From an uncultured Nitrososphaerota archaeon (GTDB taxonomy: Archaea; Thermoproteota; Nitrososphaeria; Conexivisphaerales; DTJL01): a DNA stretch of 64,000 nucleotides. A model generated the notes under the pieces. It had not been told where the DNA came from and did not search any database. It saw nothing but the letters and a program-made list of their open reading frames with translations. This document shows positions 49,274 through 59,214 of the stretch, piece after piece. The DNA is taken from contig CAWJIE010000004.1 in NCBI GenBank assembly GCA_963842885.1, forward strand, positions 224,001 through 288,000. The letters run 5' to 3'. The position numbers and the translations under genes are program-made. Numbering within the stretch: position 1 is the stretch's first letter; every line of letters begins with the position of its first letter.

Positions 49274-49442
49274 ACAAGAGGAGTTCAAACGCCCAGACTA
49301 GAATCAACTGCCATGGTCAAGTTCGGAGTACAGCATCCCAAGCTTCTCCATCGGCGGACAGGGCTGAGGGGCTTCATCCTCCCGTTTGAAAAGCTAAAAT
49401 ACGTTCTTGGGTCTGTATGGACCAATTCGGAGCGACACAACA

Positions 49443-50492
49443 ATGAGTGTTCCTGCCAACTTCGTTGACCTGCGCAGCGATACGGTCACCCTTCCCACCG
49501 ACGAGATGCTCGAGGCGATTAGAAGCGCGAAACTGGGCGATGACGTCTACGGGGAGGACCCTACTGTCCGACAGCTGGAAGAGATGGCTGCGGATAAGAT
49601 GGGCAAAGAAGCCGCGTTGCTGGTGACCAGCGGAACCCAAGCGAATCTTGTGTCCACCATGAGCAACACCAAACGCGGAGACTCGGTGATCCTCGAGGCG
49701 GAATCTCACATCTATTGGTATGAAGTAGGAGGTATTTCGGTCGTGGCGGCCGTCTTGCCGTGGCCGGTCAGGGGTCACATGGGGGCACTTGATCCTGAAG
49801 ATGTCGAGGCCGCCATAAGGCCGAAGAACATCCATTTCCCTGATGCGACACTTTTATGCATCGAGAATACCCACAACCGGGCGGGCGGGACGGTGATTAC
49901 CCCTGCTCAAATCAAGGCTCTGGGAGACGTCGCTCATGCCCACGGACTCGAGTTATACATGGACGGAGCTCGCATATTCAACGCGGCGGTGGCGCTCAAG
50001 ACCGACGTCAGGAAGTTCACCGAGAACGTGGACAATCTCATGTTCTGCCTGTCAAAGGGGTTGAGCTGTCCAGTCGGCTCTCTGGTGGTGGGAAATAGGG
50101 AATTTGTGGACAGAGCCAGGAAGAACAGGAAACTGCTTGGGGGAGGAATGAGGCAAGCGGGGATAATCGCAGCGCCTGGGATAGTAGCGCTGGAGAAGAT
50201 GGTGGATAGGCTCGCCGAGGATCATGCCAATGCTAAGCTGTTGGCAGACGGATTGGCCAAGATCGAGGGCATAGACATCGACATGACGGTGGTGCAGACC
50301 AATATCGTGGCGTTTGGTGTTAGAGGATTGGGCATTACCTCGGATCAGTTCGTGGCTAAGATTAAGGAGAAGGGTGTGCTCTGCGGAACTGTCGACGCGT
50401 TCAAAGTACGAATGGTGACCCATCGAGGAATAGTTAGTGACGACGTCATGAAGACCCTCCTTTGCGTCCGGGAACTGGCTCTAGGACGCTAA
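49443..50492 (+). CDS. ltaE: Low-specificity L-threonine aldolase
   Basis: DLRSDTVT, GDDVYGEDPT, ENTHN, DGARIFNA, CLSKGL. Confidence 0.95.
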   Translation: MSVPANFVDLRSDTVTLPTDEMLEAIRSAKLGDDVYGEDPTVRQLEEMAADKMGKEAALLVTSGTQANLVSTMSNTKRGDSVILEAESHIYWYEVGGISVVAAVLPWPVRGHMGALDPEDVEAAIRPKNIHFPDATLLCIENTHNRAGGTVITPAQIKALGDVAHAHGLELYMDGARIFNAAVALKTDVRKFTENVDNLMFCLSKGLSCPVGSLVVGNREFVDRARKNRKLLGGGMRQAGIIAAPGIVALEKMVDRLAEDHANAKLLADGLAKIEGIDIDMTVVQTNIVAFGVRGLGITSDQFVAKIKEKGVLCGTVDAFKVRMVTHRGIVSDDVMKTLLCVRELALGR

Positions 50493-50688
50493 GTGCAATC
50501 TGGGAGGAGACTAGAATCCTTGATTCGGAAGAAAGGATGATACACCTACTGGGGCCTTCGCTCAGCATGATGGGGGGTGGGCGGAACGTCGGAGGTACAG
50601 TCCTTCAATCTCTTGGCCCCCATCAAGGACGGAAGGGAAAGGCCATGTGTCGCCTAGAGAATCCAAGAGGAATCGCGTTGTGCCGATG

Positions 50689-51099
50689 TCATGGGGACTG
50701 AAGCGACGCATAGACCCTGTAGGCGTCTATGTAATCCACTGCATACGCGTCTGCCAGTTTCTCCGTGCCTCTGTGCTTGCCGCTCCTGCACCTAAGATGA
50801 TGATAGAACTCATGGATAATAATGAAGGGATTCCACAGGTTGTCGCCCTTAGCTACGTAGATTGTCTTCTCCTTCTCGACGTAGACTGCAAGAGCCTTCT
50901 TCTTTCCTTTGACGGCTCCCACCCTGAGCATAGGTATGTCGACGCGGTTCGCGAGGCTCAGCTGTTCCAGAGCTTTCTCTGTCTCCTTGGAAAGTATTAG
51001 ATGTACTATCAATGCTTTTGTCTGAATGTCCAGGTCGCTCAACCGTAATCTGGCGAAGGCCGGCGACAGATAACTCTTCCTCCGCCTAATGCGATTCAT
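50689..51099 (-). CDS. Hypothetical protein with a zincin-like HExxH motif
   Basis: IIHEFYHH...EKLAD. Confidence 0.65.
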   Translation of the reverse strand: MNRIRRRKSYLSPAFARLRLSDLDIQTKALIVHLILSKETEKALEQLSLANRVDIPMLRVGAVKGKKKALAVYVEKEKTIYVAKGDNLWNPFIIIHEFYHHLRCRSGKHRGTEKLADAYAVDYIDAYRVYASLQSP

Positions 51100-51147
51100 G
51101 AGTTTTTATGAAAGGATCATGATGGTGACGGCGAAGGCGGCGACTTT

Positions 51148-51576
51148 TCAGAAGTATACGTTACGCAACCGGATTACATTGATCGCGTTGTTCTTGTCAA
51201 TCGACCTCACCATAGAGAGATAATGTGAATGACCGTAGTAGACCCAGAAACGGAAGGGCGCATCCAGTGCAAGGAGTTTAAGTATGGATTTGACTCGAGG
51301 AGATGAGTCTATCTCGAAGACGGATGTCAGTCGCCTCTTGGCCATCCAGGCCACGTCGGCTAACCCTTCAACGCCGACTTCCGAGCCGTGCACCGGGTAT
51401 TCCCTTACACCTCTGAATCCGAATTCGCCTCCCAGGTCAGCCACCTTCCTCTGCAGGGTATCGTGGAAGTCCAAAGGGACCTTGTTTTCGAGAATCAGCT
51501 TGGCGGCCATGCTCTGAATCCTATCTGCTACCGATTTGATGTAGCGATCCCTGTCGACCAAGACGTCCTGCATCAA
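51148..51576 (-). CDS. Hypothetical protein, PD-(D/E)xK-like fold
   Basis: REYP...GLADVAW...FEID. Confidence 0.55.
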   Translation of the reverse strand: MMQDVLVDRDRYIKSVADRIQSMAAKLILENKVPLDFHDTLQRKVADLGGEFGFRGVREYPVHGSEVGVEGLADVAWMAKRRLTSVFEIDSSPRVKSILKLLALDAPFRFWVYYGHSHYLSMVRSIDKNNAINVIRLRNVYF

Positions 51577-51815
51577 GCACTCCTCGACGCAATATTCTCA
51601 TGCTGCGACAAGCTATTAACGTTGAGTATGAATGCAAGCCTCCTCAAATCCCTGACATAGGGTGCGGACGCCTTCCACAAGAGCTTCCCACGGATTCCTG
51701 TTGACGCGATTTGTCGGCTCTTTTAGCTTGGTTGAGTGACTTCAGATTCAGGTAATGCTGAGCAGATTCAAGGGTGAGATGTAGTTCCTTGAATCTCAGC
51801 AGCGGCTGAGTTCTT

Positions 51816-52247
51816 GTGCAAGTCGCCGAAACGAAAAATCAGGATTCATACCCGCTCTTTGAAGAAGTGAGTGACTCGAACCTCGTCGATGGCGCCGGGC
51901 AGGTGATTTTGGAATTCTTGGAATCGAACTTCGGCGACATGAACCAGATGGAGATCTTGGATGTACGTGATCTGATGAGCGCTTTGGGTTCTGCCCGCCT
52001 TCCAGCCGAAGAGGGCGTTCACATGGAGGAGGTAGAAGCTGTGCTCGTCAGGGCGCTTCGATTGCTCGGGGCTGGGTACTACCGAAGTCTTCTGGTCGAG
52101 GAGCGGGAGAGGGTGGGCAGGATCAACTGCCGTCTTGAAGCGATGATGCGGTTCAAGGAAAGGATTCTGAAAGATGACACAGATTGGACAGGGCTCGGAC
52201 CAAATCACCCAACGCTATCAAGTGTCGTCTTGAGCACCGAATCATGA
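51816..52247 (+). CDS. Hypothetical protein
   Basis: 143-aa ORF filling the intergenic gap; no recognised motif. Confidence 0.45.
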   Translation: MQVAETKNQDSYPLFEEVSDSNLVDGAGQVILEFLESNFGDMNQMEILDVRDLMSALGSARLPAEEGVHMEEVEAVLVRALRLLGAGYYRSLLVEERERVGRINCRLEAMMRFKERILKDDTDWTGLGPNHPTLSSVVLSTES

Positions 52248-53129
52248 GGTTCTTATGAATTTGAGTCTGTCTTCTCGGCCAGAGTGGTGTGAGCCTAGCT
52301 TCGAATCGATGGTCGGCTTCAGGCTGTCGTCAAACTCGTAGCCCACAGAATGGCGCGAGAGGTCGCCTGCTACCTTCATGGCGGTGCCAGTACCCAAGAA
52401 GGGATCCAAGACTGTGTCGCCGATTATCGAGAACATATGTATCAAGCGACGCGGAATCTCCTCGGGGAAAGCTGCGCTTCGCCTTTGCGATCTGACAAGC
52501 GACTGCGCGGCCCCGTGCACCGACCACACCTGGCTGAACCACACGTCGCGTTGGGCCTTTGTGAACGAGCTCGAGTAACGCCGCGCGTCCTTCGGCGCGA
52601 ATTTCCTTGTGTCTCCCTTTCTCAGGATAAGGATATACTCCAAGTCCAGCGTCACATATCCGTTTGTAGGTAGGAAGCCAGAGCCGAGGAATGCGTTTGG
52701 TTTGTTCGTCGGCTTCTTCCATACGATGAAGGGAAGGGTGACAAACCCAATTCTCTCGCAGTGCTCAATGATTTTTGAATGGTTAGGGAAAAGCCTGAAC
52801 CTGCCGTTTATGCTTCTGGTAGCATCGCCAATGTTAACGCAAGCGATTCCTCCTTCGCAGAGAACGCGGTAGCATTCGCTCCAGACCTTGCCCAGCTCCT
52901 CGTGCATCAATTCATAGGCTGAGCTGACGGTACCCCTCTTGTCGCTCTCTGCGGAACGGGTTTCGTCGATAAGCGCGCCGATTCTGGGATTCATGCGCCT
53001 GAACAGGGCGTCCCACATCTCAATCATGGGATAGGGAGGAGAGGTGACCACCAGTTGAATCGACGAGTCTTCCAAGTCTCGCATAGCACGCGAATCCTTG
53101 AAGATGACTTGGTGGTGCGTCTCCATCAT
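52242..53129 (-). CDS. Site-specific DNA methyltransferase (N4-C/N6-A, beta class)
   Basis: VVTSPPY, AAFP, VLDPFLGTGT. Confidence 0.92.
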   Translation of the reverse strand: MMETHHQVIFKDSRAMRDLEDSSIQLVVTSPPYPMIEMWDALFRRMNPRIGALIDETRSAESDKRGTVSSAYELMHEELGKVWSECYRVLCEGGIACVNIGDATRSINGRFRLFPNHSKIIEHCERIGFVTLPFIVWKKPTNKPNAFLGSGFLPTNGYVTLDLEYILILRKGDTRKFAPKDARRYSSSFTKAQRDVWFSQVWSVHGAAQSLVRSQRRSAAFPEEIPRRLIHMFSIIGDTVLDPFLGTGTAMKVAGDLSRHSVGYEFDDSLKPTIDSKLGSHHSGREDRLKFIRTS

Positions 53130-53222
53130 GCAGGTCTCACAGTGTCTGTCAGGCGGTATTCTGTCGGTGTGATTAATATCCCTTACATTGGGGAAACCCG
53201 TGCATCTTGAAGAGGCGGAGCG

Positions 53223-53690
53223 TCATTTTGCCTTCAGCATCTTGAGGTCGTTAATCACTTCTGTCGAATGAATGAGAGGGTCGACCTTCGGATAGATTCT
53301 GGCGATGCGGCCGTCAGGGTTGACAAGGAATGTCACCCGGTGCATCGAAGACCCATTCTCCTTGAGCACACCAAGCGAGGAGCCAAGCTCACCCTTCGTA
53401 TCACTGAGGAGAGTGAAATTGAGGCCGTACTTGTTGGCGAATCTTTCGTGGCTGCTCAAGCCATCCATGCTGACTCCTATGACGTCGGCACCCAAAGCCT
53501 CTATCGTCTTGATCGAATCACGAAAGCCGCAGGCCTCCTTAGTGCAGCCGGGCGTGTCATCCCGAGGATAGAAGTATAGGACAATCCATCTCCCACGGCA
53601 GGACGAGAGTTTGACCTCATTTTTGTCGGGGTAGGCCTCCAGCTTGGCATCGGGTAGGTATTCTCCGACCTTGACCCTCACTTCAACCAT
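53223..53690 (-). CDS. bcp: Peroxiredoxin, Bcp type
   Basis: YFYPRDDTPGCTKEAC. Confidence 0.92.
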   Translation of the reverse strand: MVEVRVKVGEYLPDAKLEAYPDKNEVKLSSCRGRWIVLYFYPRDDTPGCTKEACGFRDSIKTIEALGADVIGVSMDGLSSHERFANKYGLNFTLLSDTKGELGSSLGVLKENGSSMHRVTFLVNPDGRIARIYPKVDPLIHSTEVINDLKMLKAK

Positions 53691-53695
53691 TCAAT

Positions 53696-54171
53696 TCACC
53701 TAGCTCTGGCCAACTGGTCTTCGATGGATTTGTAATCAGGCTCGATGCTTGGTTGTGGGGCAATCCACTCGAACCTTATCTCACCGGTCTTGTCCAGGAT
53801 GAAGATTGATCGCTGAGCTGCCGTGTATCCCCTTACGCCTCCGAAATCAGGGAGCTCCACCCCGTACGCCCGGACAGTTTCGCGGGAAAAGTCACTGAGC
53901 AGGGGAAATGTCAGCGCGTTCGTGTTGGCAAAGCCCTTCAATGTCCATGGGTCGTTTACGCTTATGCCGACGACTTGAGCGTTCAGGGTTGAGAGTCTGG
54001 AAAGGGAGTCCCTGAAGGTGCACATCTCGTGAGTGCAGACAGAGGTAAACGCGCCTGGAAAGAAGGCCAATACCACGCTCCCCTTCCCCAAGAATTCCTC
54101 AGGTTCCTAGCCTTCTTGTCCTGGTCGAGCAGGACCAGCCCGGGAGCCTTGTCGCCTATGGTGAGTTTCAA
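53696..54171 (-). CDS. Peroxiredoxin (AhpC/TSA family), frameshifted near 54100
   Basis: MKLTIGDKAP... then FFPGAFTSVCTHEMC, FPLLSD. Confidence 0.85.
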
Positions 54172-54331
54172 TCTGGATCGAATTCGGAAATCCCGAGATT
54201 CACTATTAAATTAAGCTATATATCCACAGCAGTAATTTCGACCGTGGAAGGCCCGTCTGGCTTCCCGTCAAGACCGACCTTGTCGTTTCTTTGTTCAAAG
54301 GCTATCATACTTGGGTCGGTCCTCGGGGAGA

Positions 54332-54560
54332 ATGATTGAGATGTAGGGCCTCTCCTCTTTCTTTTCTCCAGACTCAGTTGCCGTTGTGGGAGCCTCGGAC
54401 GACCCGAAGAAGGTGGCTTTCGTCATCTATTCAAAGCTTCAGCTCAACGCAGCCCGGGGCAGCCTCAAGGCCGTAGTGTATCCCGTCAATCCTCACTATC
54501 CCTAAATCGCTGGAAGGCTATGTTATCCAGACTTGGACTCTCTGCCTCAAGGAGCACCGA
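54332..54560 (+). pseudogene. Truncated remnant of a CoA-binding domain (ADP-forming acyl-CoA synthetase alpha subunit)
   Basis: FFSPDSVAVVGASDDPKK...VYPVNP...CYPDLDSLP with in-frame TAG (54344) and TAA (~54503). Confidence 0.7.
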
Positions 54561-54592
54561 CGGCGCCTCGAGGATGGAGATGCTTCAATGCA

Positions 54593-55837
54593 TTAAATGG
54601 TTAGGCGGCAGATTTGGGTCGGCGGTGTTCTTCTGGCGTTCAGTGTCTCGAAACGTAATCGGCCAACCTGAGTCACGCCTGCCTCGAGTTTCTCTTCCGT
54701 TTCTCCCACGAAGCACATCCTCAGATGACCTGCCCCGCTGGGACCTGATATCGACCCGGGCACCGTTATCACCTCTGCCTCTTCGGCAAGTCTCAGGCTG
54801 AAATCGACGTCACTCACCATGAGCGGGTCGAGATAGGCCGACAAGTCTGGGAACAGATACATCCCTGCCTCCGGCTTGATCACTCGAGCGAGTGGAAGGT
54901 GTGAACTGACCGCTTGATAGAGAGCGTCTCTACGTCTGCGATACACGGGCAGCACGTCTTGGAGGTAAGGTTCTTTGCGGCCGTTCTCAAAGTAGGCCAG
55001 CGCCATGTACTGAGAGGGTGTCGGGCTGCATATCGAAGTCATAGCCTTGAGTTTCGCCGCCTGCTCGATGAAAGCTTTCGGTCCAAACATGTAACCCAGC
55101 CTGAATCCTGGGAGCGCGAGGTCCTTGGAGAAGGAGTTCAGGCTAACAAGGTTGTCGGCAAGGCCGGCTCGATTGTGAATCCAGACATGTTCGCCTTCAT
55201 AGAGGATGTGCTTGTATGCTTCGTCGTACAGCAGCGCTATCCCTCTTCCAATCACGCCTTCAAGAATCATATCTACCGCCTCCTTCGAAATGATCCTGCT
55301 TGTGGGGTTGTCTGGGCTGCAGAGGACGACCGCTGTGACGCCTGCGTCAAGGGCTTCCTTTATTGCCTCCGGATCGGGCTGGAATCCATCTTCCAGCTGC
55401 TGGCTCACGGTTACGGCCTTCAGTTCATGAAGTTGGAGCAGGTCCCAGTACACGCTGTAGCAGGGTTCCAGAAGAAGCACCTTGTCCCCCGGCTTGGTCA
55501 GGCAGGTCAGGCTCAAGTCGAGGCCTTCCACGGCACCGTCAGTGACTATGAACTGGTCGGCAGCCACATCCAACGAACCATACTTCCTGAGATCGTCACT
55601 CAGAGCCTGTCTAAGCTGCATCAACCCTTTGGTTTCCACATACTTCGACAAGTCGAAGGGCTGTTTCAGGAGCCTGTCAGCGAAAGCCTTCATCGCTATT
55701 GCGTCTGGCGGGAGACCGGGTTGCCCCTGCGAAAAGTTGTAGATTACCTTGCCTTCTCTCCTCTTTCGCTCGGCTATCGAAACAACCTTGCGATGGGGTG
55801 AGGGTGGGATGTCGGTGATCTTCTGTGCTATTCTCAT
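54593..55837 (-). CDS. PLP-dependent aminotransferase class I/II (aspartate aminotransferase-like)
   Basis: GQP, SPDNPT, DEAY, NSFSK..ALPGFRLG. Confidence 0.9.
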   Translation of the reverse strand: MRIAQKITDIPPSPHRKVVSIAERKRREGKVIYNFSQGQPGLPPDAIAMKAFADRLLKQPFDLSKYVETKGLMQLRQALSDDLRKYGSLDVAADQFIVTDGAVEGLDLSLTCLTKPGDKVLLLEPCYSVYWDLLQLHELKAVTVSQQLEDGFQPDPEAIKEALDAGVTAVVLCSPDNPTSRIISKEAVDMILEGVIGRGIALLYDEAYKHILYEGEHVWIHNRAGLADNLVSLNSFSKDLALPGFRLGYMFGPKAFIEQAAKLKAMTSICSPTPSQYMALAYFENGRKEPYLQDVLPVYRRRRDALYQAVSSHLPLARVIKPEAGMYLFPDLSAYLDPLMVSDVDFSLRLAEEAEVITVPGSISGPSGAGHLRMCFVGETEEKLEAGVTQVGRLRFETLNARRTPPTQICRLTI

Positions 55838-56011
55838 CGCTGTAAGCTCTCTGTTGCATCGTCAATAAATAGTTTGGACGAAGACCTTGAGAGAGCTGGT
55901 TGGGCCAAGGCCCTTCCTTATCGGGATTCGTGAGATTGCGTCCTGCTCCGATATGAGTTGAAGAGTAGATAAGAGAGAGGTATTTATACGACTGGGTGGC
56001 GGTGCAAATCA

Positions 56012-58823
56012 ATGCAGGATGAGATGCCGAGGCCCAGCAGGTTTGGCAGGGGCCCGAGACTTGCTTGGTTGATCATAGGCGTCATCGCCATCATTGGTCG
56101 CGTTGTTCGTGGCTTGGACCTATCTCGAATGGTCCATCTTCCAGCATATGTATTCGCTGAAGGCCGGGTTGAATTGGTTCCAAATCGTCTTCTATCATAA
56201 CTACACCTTCATAGCGGCGGCCCTGTTTTCCCTTCTCCTGATCAACCCCAAGGTCGGTCACAGTGACCTCTGGAGGTTGGTGAGCACGTTCTTGAGAGGC
56301 TCATTGATGGTTCGGAGACCGAGAGAGTTCGAAGGAGAGGCCCCTGCTTATGAGCCCATGAGGCTCCCGAAGCCAGGAAAATGGATGTGGTTCCTGTGGC
56401 AGGTCATCAAGTGGTCCGCCGGCTTCGCCTATTTTGTGCTTACAGGAGGTCTCGTCTACCTGGGTAACGTGATGAACCCCATCATGATGGCATCTATGGG
56501 CCTGGGCGACTGGTCGAAAGTGTTGCGCGTCTTCTCCCTCCCCCTGTTCCCTGCATCGGGGACCGAACTGGTTTCATTGATGCCGACCATGGAAATTCAG
56601 TACAGGGTCCTGTATATCGTAGTCTGGGCCTTCCTCTCTATCGTCGCGATTCGCATGATGTTGCGGCTCCTTGCCAATCTTGGAGTCAGGACGAGCGATG
56701 TCTGGTTGCGCAACTTCTTCATTTTCGCGGCGGCCATCATCCTATCATTCATCATCGGCGTGCCGTATTGGTTGATGAATGTGTCTACACCGTTCGCTAT
56801 GGCGCGCTGTGGACTTTGGTGGCGGGCGCGGTCTTGGGTTGGGCGTATCTTAGGGCTACGGGCAAGAGGGTCTTTGAGTCCCCCAGCTCGAGGAGGACCA
56901 TCTTCAAGGGGCTGGCTGCGGTGGTGGCCATAGGCCTCGTAATCAATCTTGGTGCGATGGCCTTCCTCTACCTAAACTGGAACAACAACTACATCAGTTA
57001 CGAGTGGAATCCACAGACGCAGAAGGAGATAACCGTAACTGATTGGGCGGCAGGGACTGGGAACATACAGCAAGGCTCGCTTCTCAACCTCCCGACTAGC
57101 AACGCCACCACGACGCTGAGCTTGGTCCGGCAGTGGGATCAGTCAGGCTGCCGCAGTGACCATGACCAAGGAGATTGGAGCGTATAACTGGATGACCCTA
57201 GCCAGCTCAGAGATAGTATTCCTGAACAACGAGGAGTATTGGGTGGCCCCGACCTCGACGCTCTATCCTTCGACCGACTGGATCAGCGAGCACCTGATTT
57301 ACACGCACACCTCGAGGATAATGGTGATAAACACCTACAGCGGCCAACAGGTCTCCACCGAAGACGCCTTCAACGTGTCGACGGAGCCCCCCATCTACTA
57401 TGGGGAAGAGCCGCTCAACGGGGAGCCTGGAGGGTTTTCGCAGAATGTGTACGTCCATATCCCTGGGTATGACGAAGTGCAGAACTCCTCTTATCAGGGC
57501 CAGCCCGACTATGTCCTGACCGGATGGCAGAAGGCCCTCTGGATGACCTTCGCGGAGGGCCAGCTGGGCTTCGCCTTCTCAAGCCAGTACCAATCGATCG
57601 ACATGCTCTTCAACAGAGACGTCTTCAGCCGGGTCCAGAGCATCTTGATTCCGGGCCTGGTGGAGGACCCTGCGGCGTATCTATCCACCGATGGCACGAA
57701 TATTTACTATACGGTGCAGCTCTACATCGACTATCCCATGCAATCCGGTTTCGCTGCAAGTCCATACCTCAGGTTCTTCGGAGTGGTCCTAGTCAACGTT
57801 GCAGATGGGTCCATGCAGGGGTACACCGTATCTAACCTCATCGGCAGCAACAGCACGGATTTCCTCACCCAGTTCTATCAGAACTACTACCCCACGTGGG
57901 GGGCGCCTCCGTCCTGGCTCGTCCCTCAGCTCAGGTACCCGGAGCAGCTCCTGGGTTCTCCGACCTATGGCCCGGGTCAGCTCGACTACGATTTCATCTT
58001 CCATGTGACGGACCCGTTCGTGTGGCGGTCCGGGACGCAGTTCTATGAGAGGCCGGCCAACACTTCTGTCCAGTACATTCCGTGGGCCATCGGGAACGAG
58101 ACCTACTTCGTAGGAATGCAGTTGGTCAACTTCCAGAACTCTGCCAGCCAGAACTTGGCGGCCATGTACATCGCCTACGGCGGTACAAGGTTAGGCCAAA
58201 TCGAGGTCTACGTGAACCCGTCGCCATCGACAACTTTCATAGGTCCCACTGCGGCTCAGCAGGCCCTGCAGACCAACGGGCAAGTGAGAACTCAGCTCAC
58301 CCTCCTGCCCAACTATAGGATTGGATCCTACCTCCTCTACTCGATTGGAGGGCAGCTGACCTATTTCGTAGCCGTGTACACCAACCCCGGGACCAGCGGC
58401 GTCGTGACACAGCTTCCATTCATCACGGCCATCACTCCCACCACTGGCAACGTCAGCCTTGGCTCTAATGCCGGCACCGCATACTACAACTTGGCAGGAA
58501 TCGCTACGCCTCCGCCGGCCAGCGACATACATGTGCTTCTGTCCGACGTGGTCTCCTTGGCGACGTCTGAGGGATACTCATTTGTGAATGCGACCACGGT
58601 GAACCCAACTGTCTGGATAAACCATGGAGTGCTCTCGTTCTCCGGATTGGGGCTGAACGCAACTCTCAGCCAAGTGAGCAACTTCCTCACCACGTACGGC
58701 CCTGGTAGCATTGGGACGGCGGTTTACATATGGGAAGACAGTTCCCAGAACTACTACGTAGGCGTGTTCCAATCCGGAGGCCCTGGAGTGACTCAGTTGT
58801 TCTACTTAACAATCACGGCGTAG
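56012..58823 (+). CDS. UPF0182-like large membrane protein split by three frameshifts (~56093, ~56795, ~57145)
   Basis: Contiguous overlapping ORFs; VRQWD, HLIYTH, PIYYGE, DPAAY, QLRYPE, IGPTAAQ motifs. Confidence 0.7.
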
Positions 58824-58832
58824 AAGAGGGCT

Positions 58833-59123
58833 TCAACGACGGGCCAAAGCTATGACGGCCACCACTAGGATAGCCACTAGGACCAACACCATGAGTCTAA
58901 GGACTCCGTTCCTTTCCCAGATTACGACGTTGGCGTTAATCGAGTCCATGGGGTTGCGTGAGTTGAGCATCTTGACTAGTTCCAGGGCCTCTTCGTAGAC
59001 AAAGGTGCCTCCATCTACTTTGATTATGTTCTCCTTCTCTAACATGAAAGTGTGCCCCCTGACTGCCAAGGGCACATGAGGGCCGCGGCTGCTGGCCCAA
59101 TTCCGGAACTGCTCTTCGCTCAC
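58833..59123 (-). CDS. Small hypothetical protein with a C-terminal TM anchor
   Basis: 96-aa ORF with a hydrophobic C-terminus. Confidence 0.65.
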   Translation of the reverse strand: MSEEQFRNWASSRGPHVPLAVRGHTFMLEKENIIKVDGGTFVYEEALELVKMLNSRNPMDSINANVVIWERNGVLRLMVLVLVAILVVAVIALARR

Positions 59124-59214
59124 AACTGTAAGCTCGGAAGGAGTAATGCTAAAACATTTTGCTCATACCATCATCTGGACGGCTGGGGATCCGATGATTC
59201 CAAGGTGATGTATA

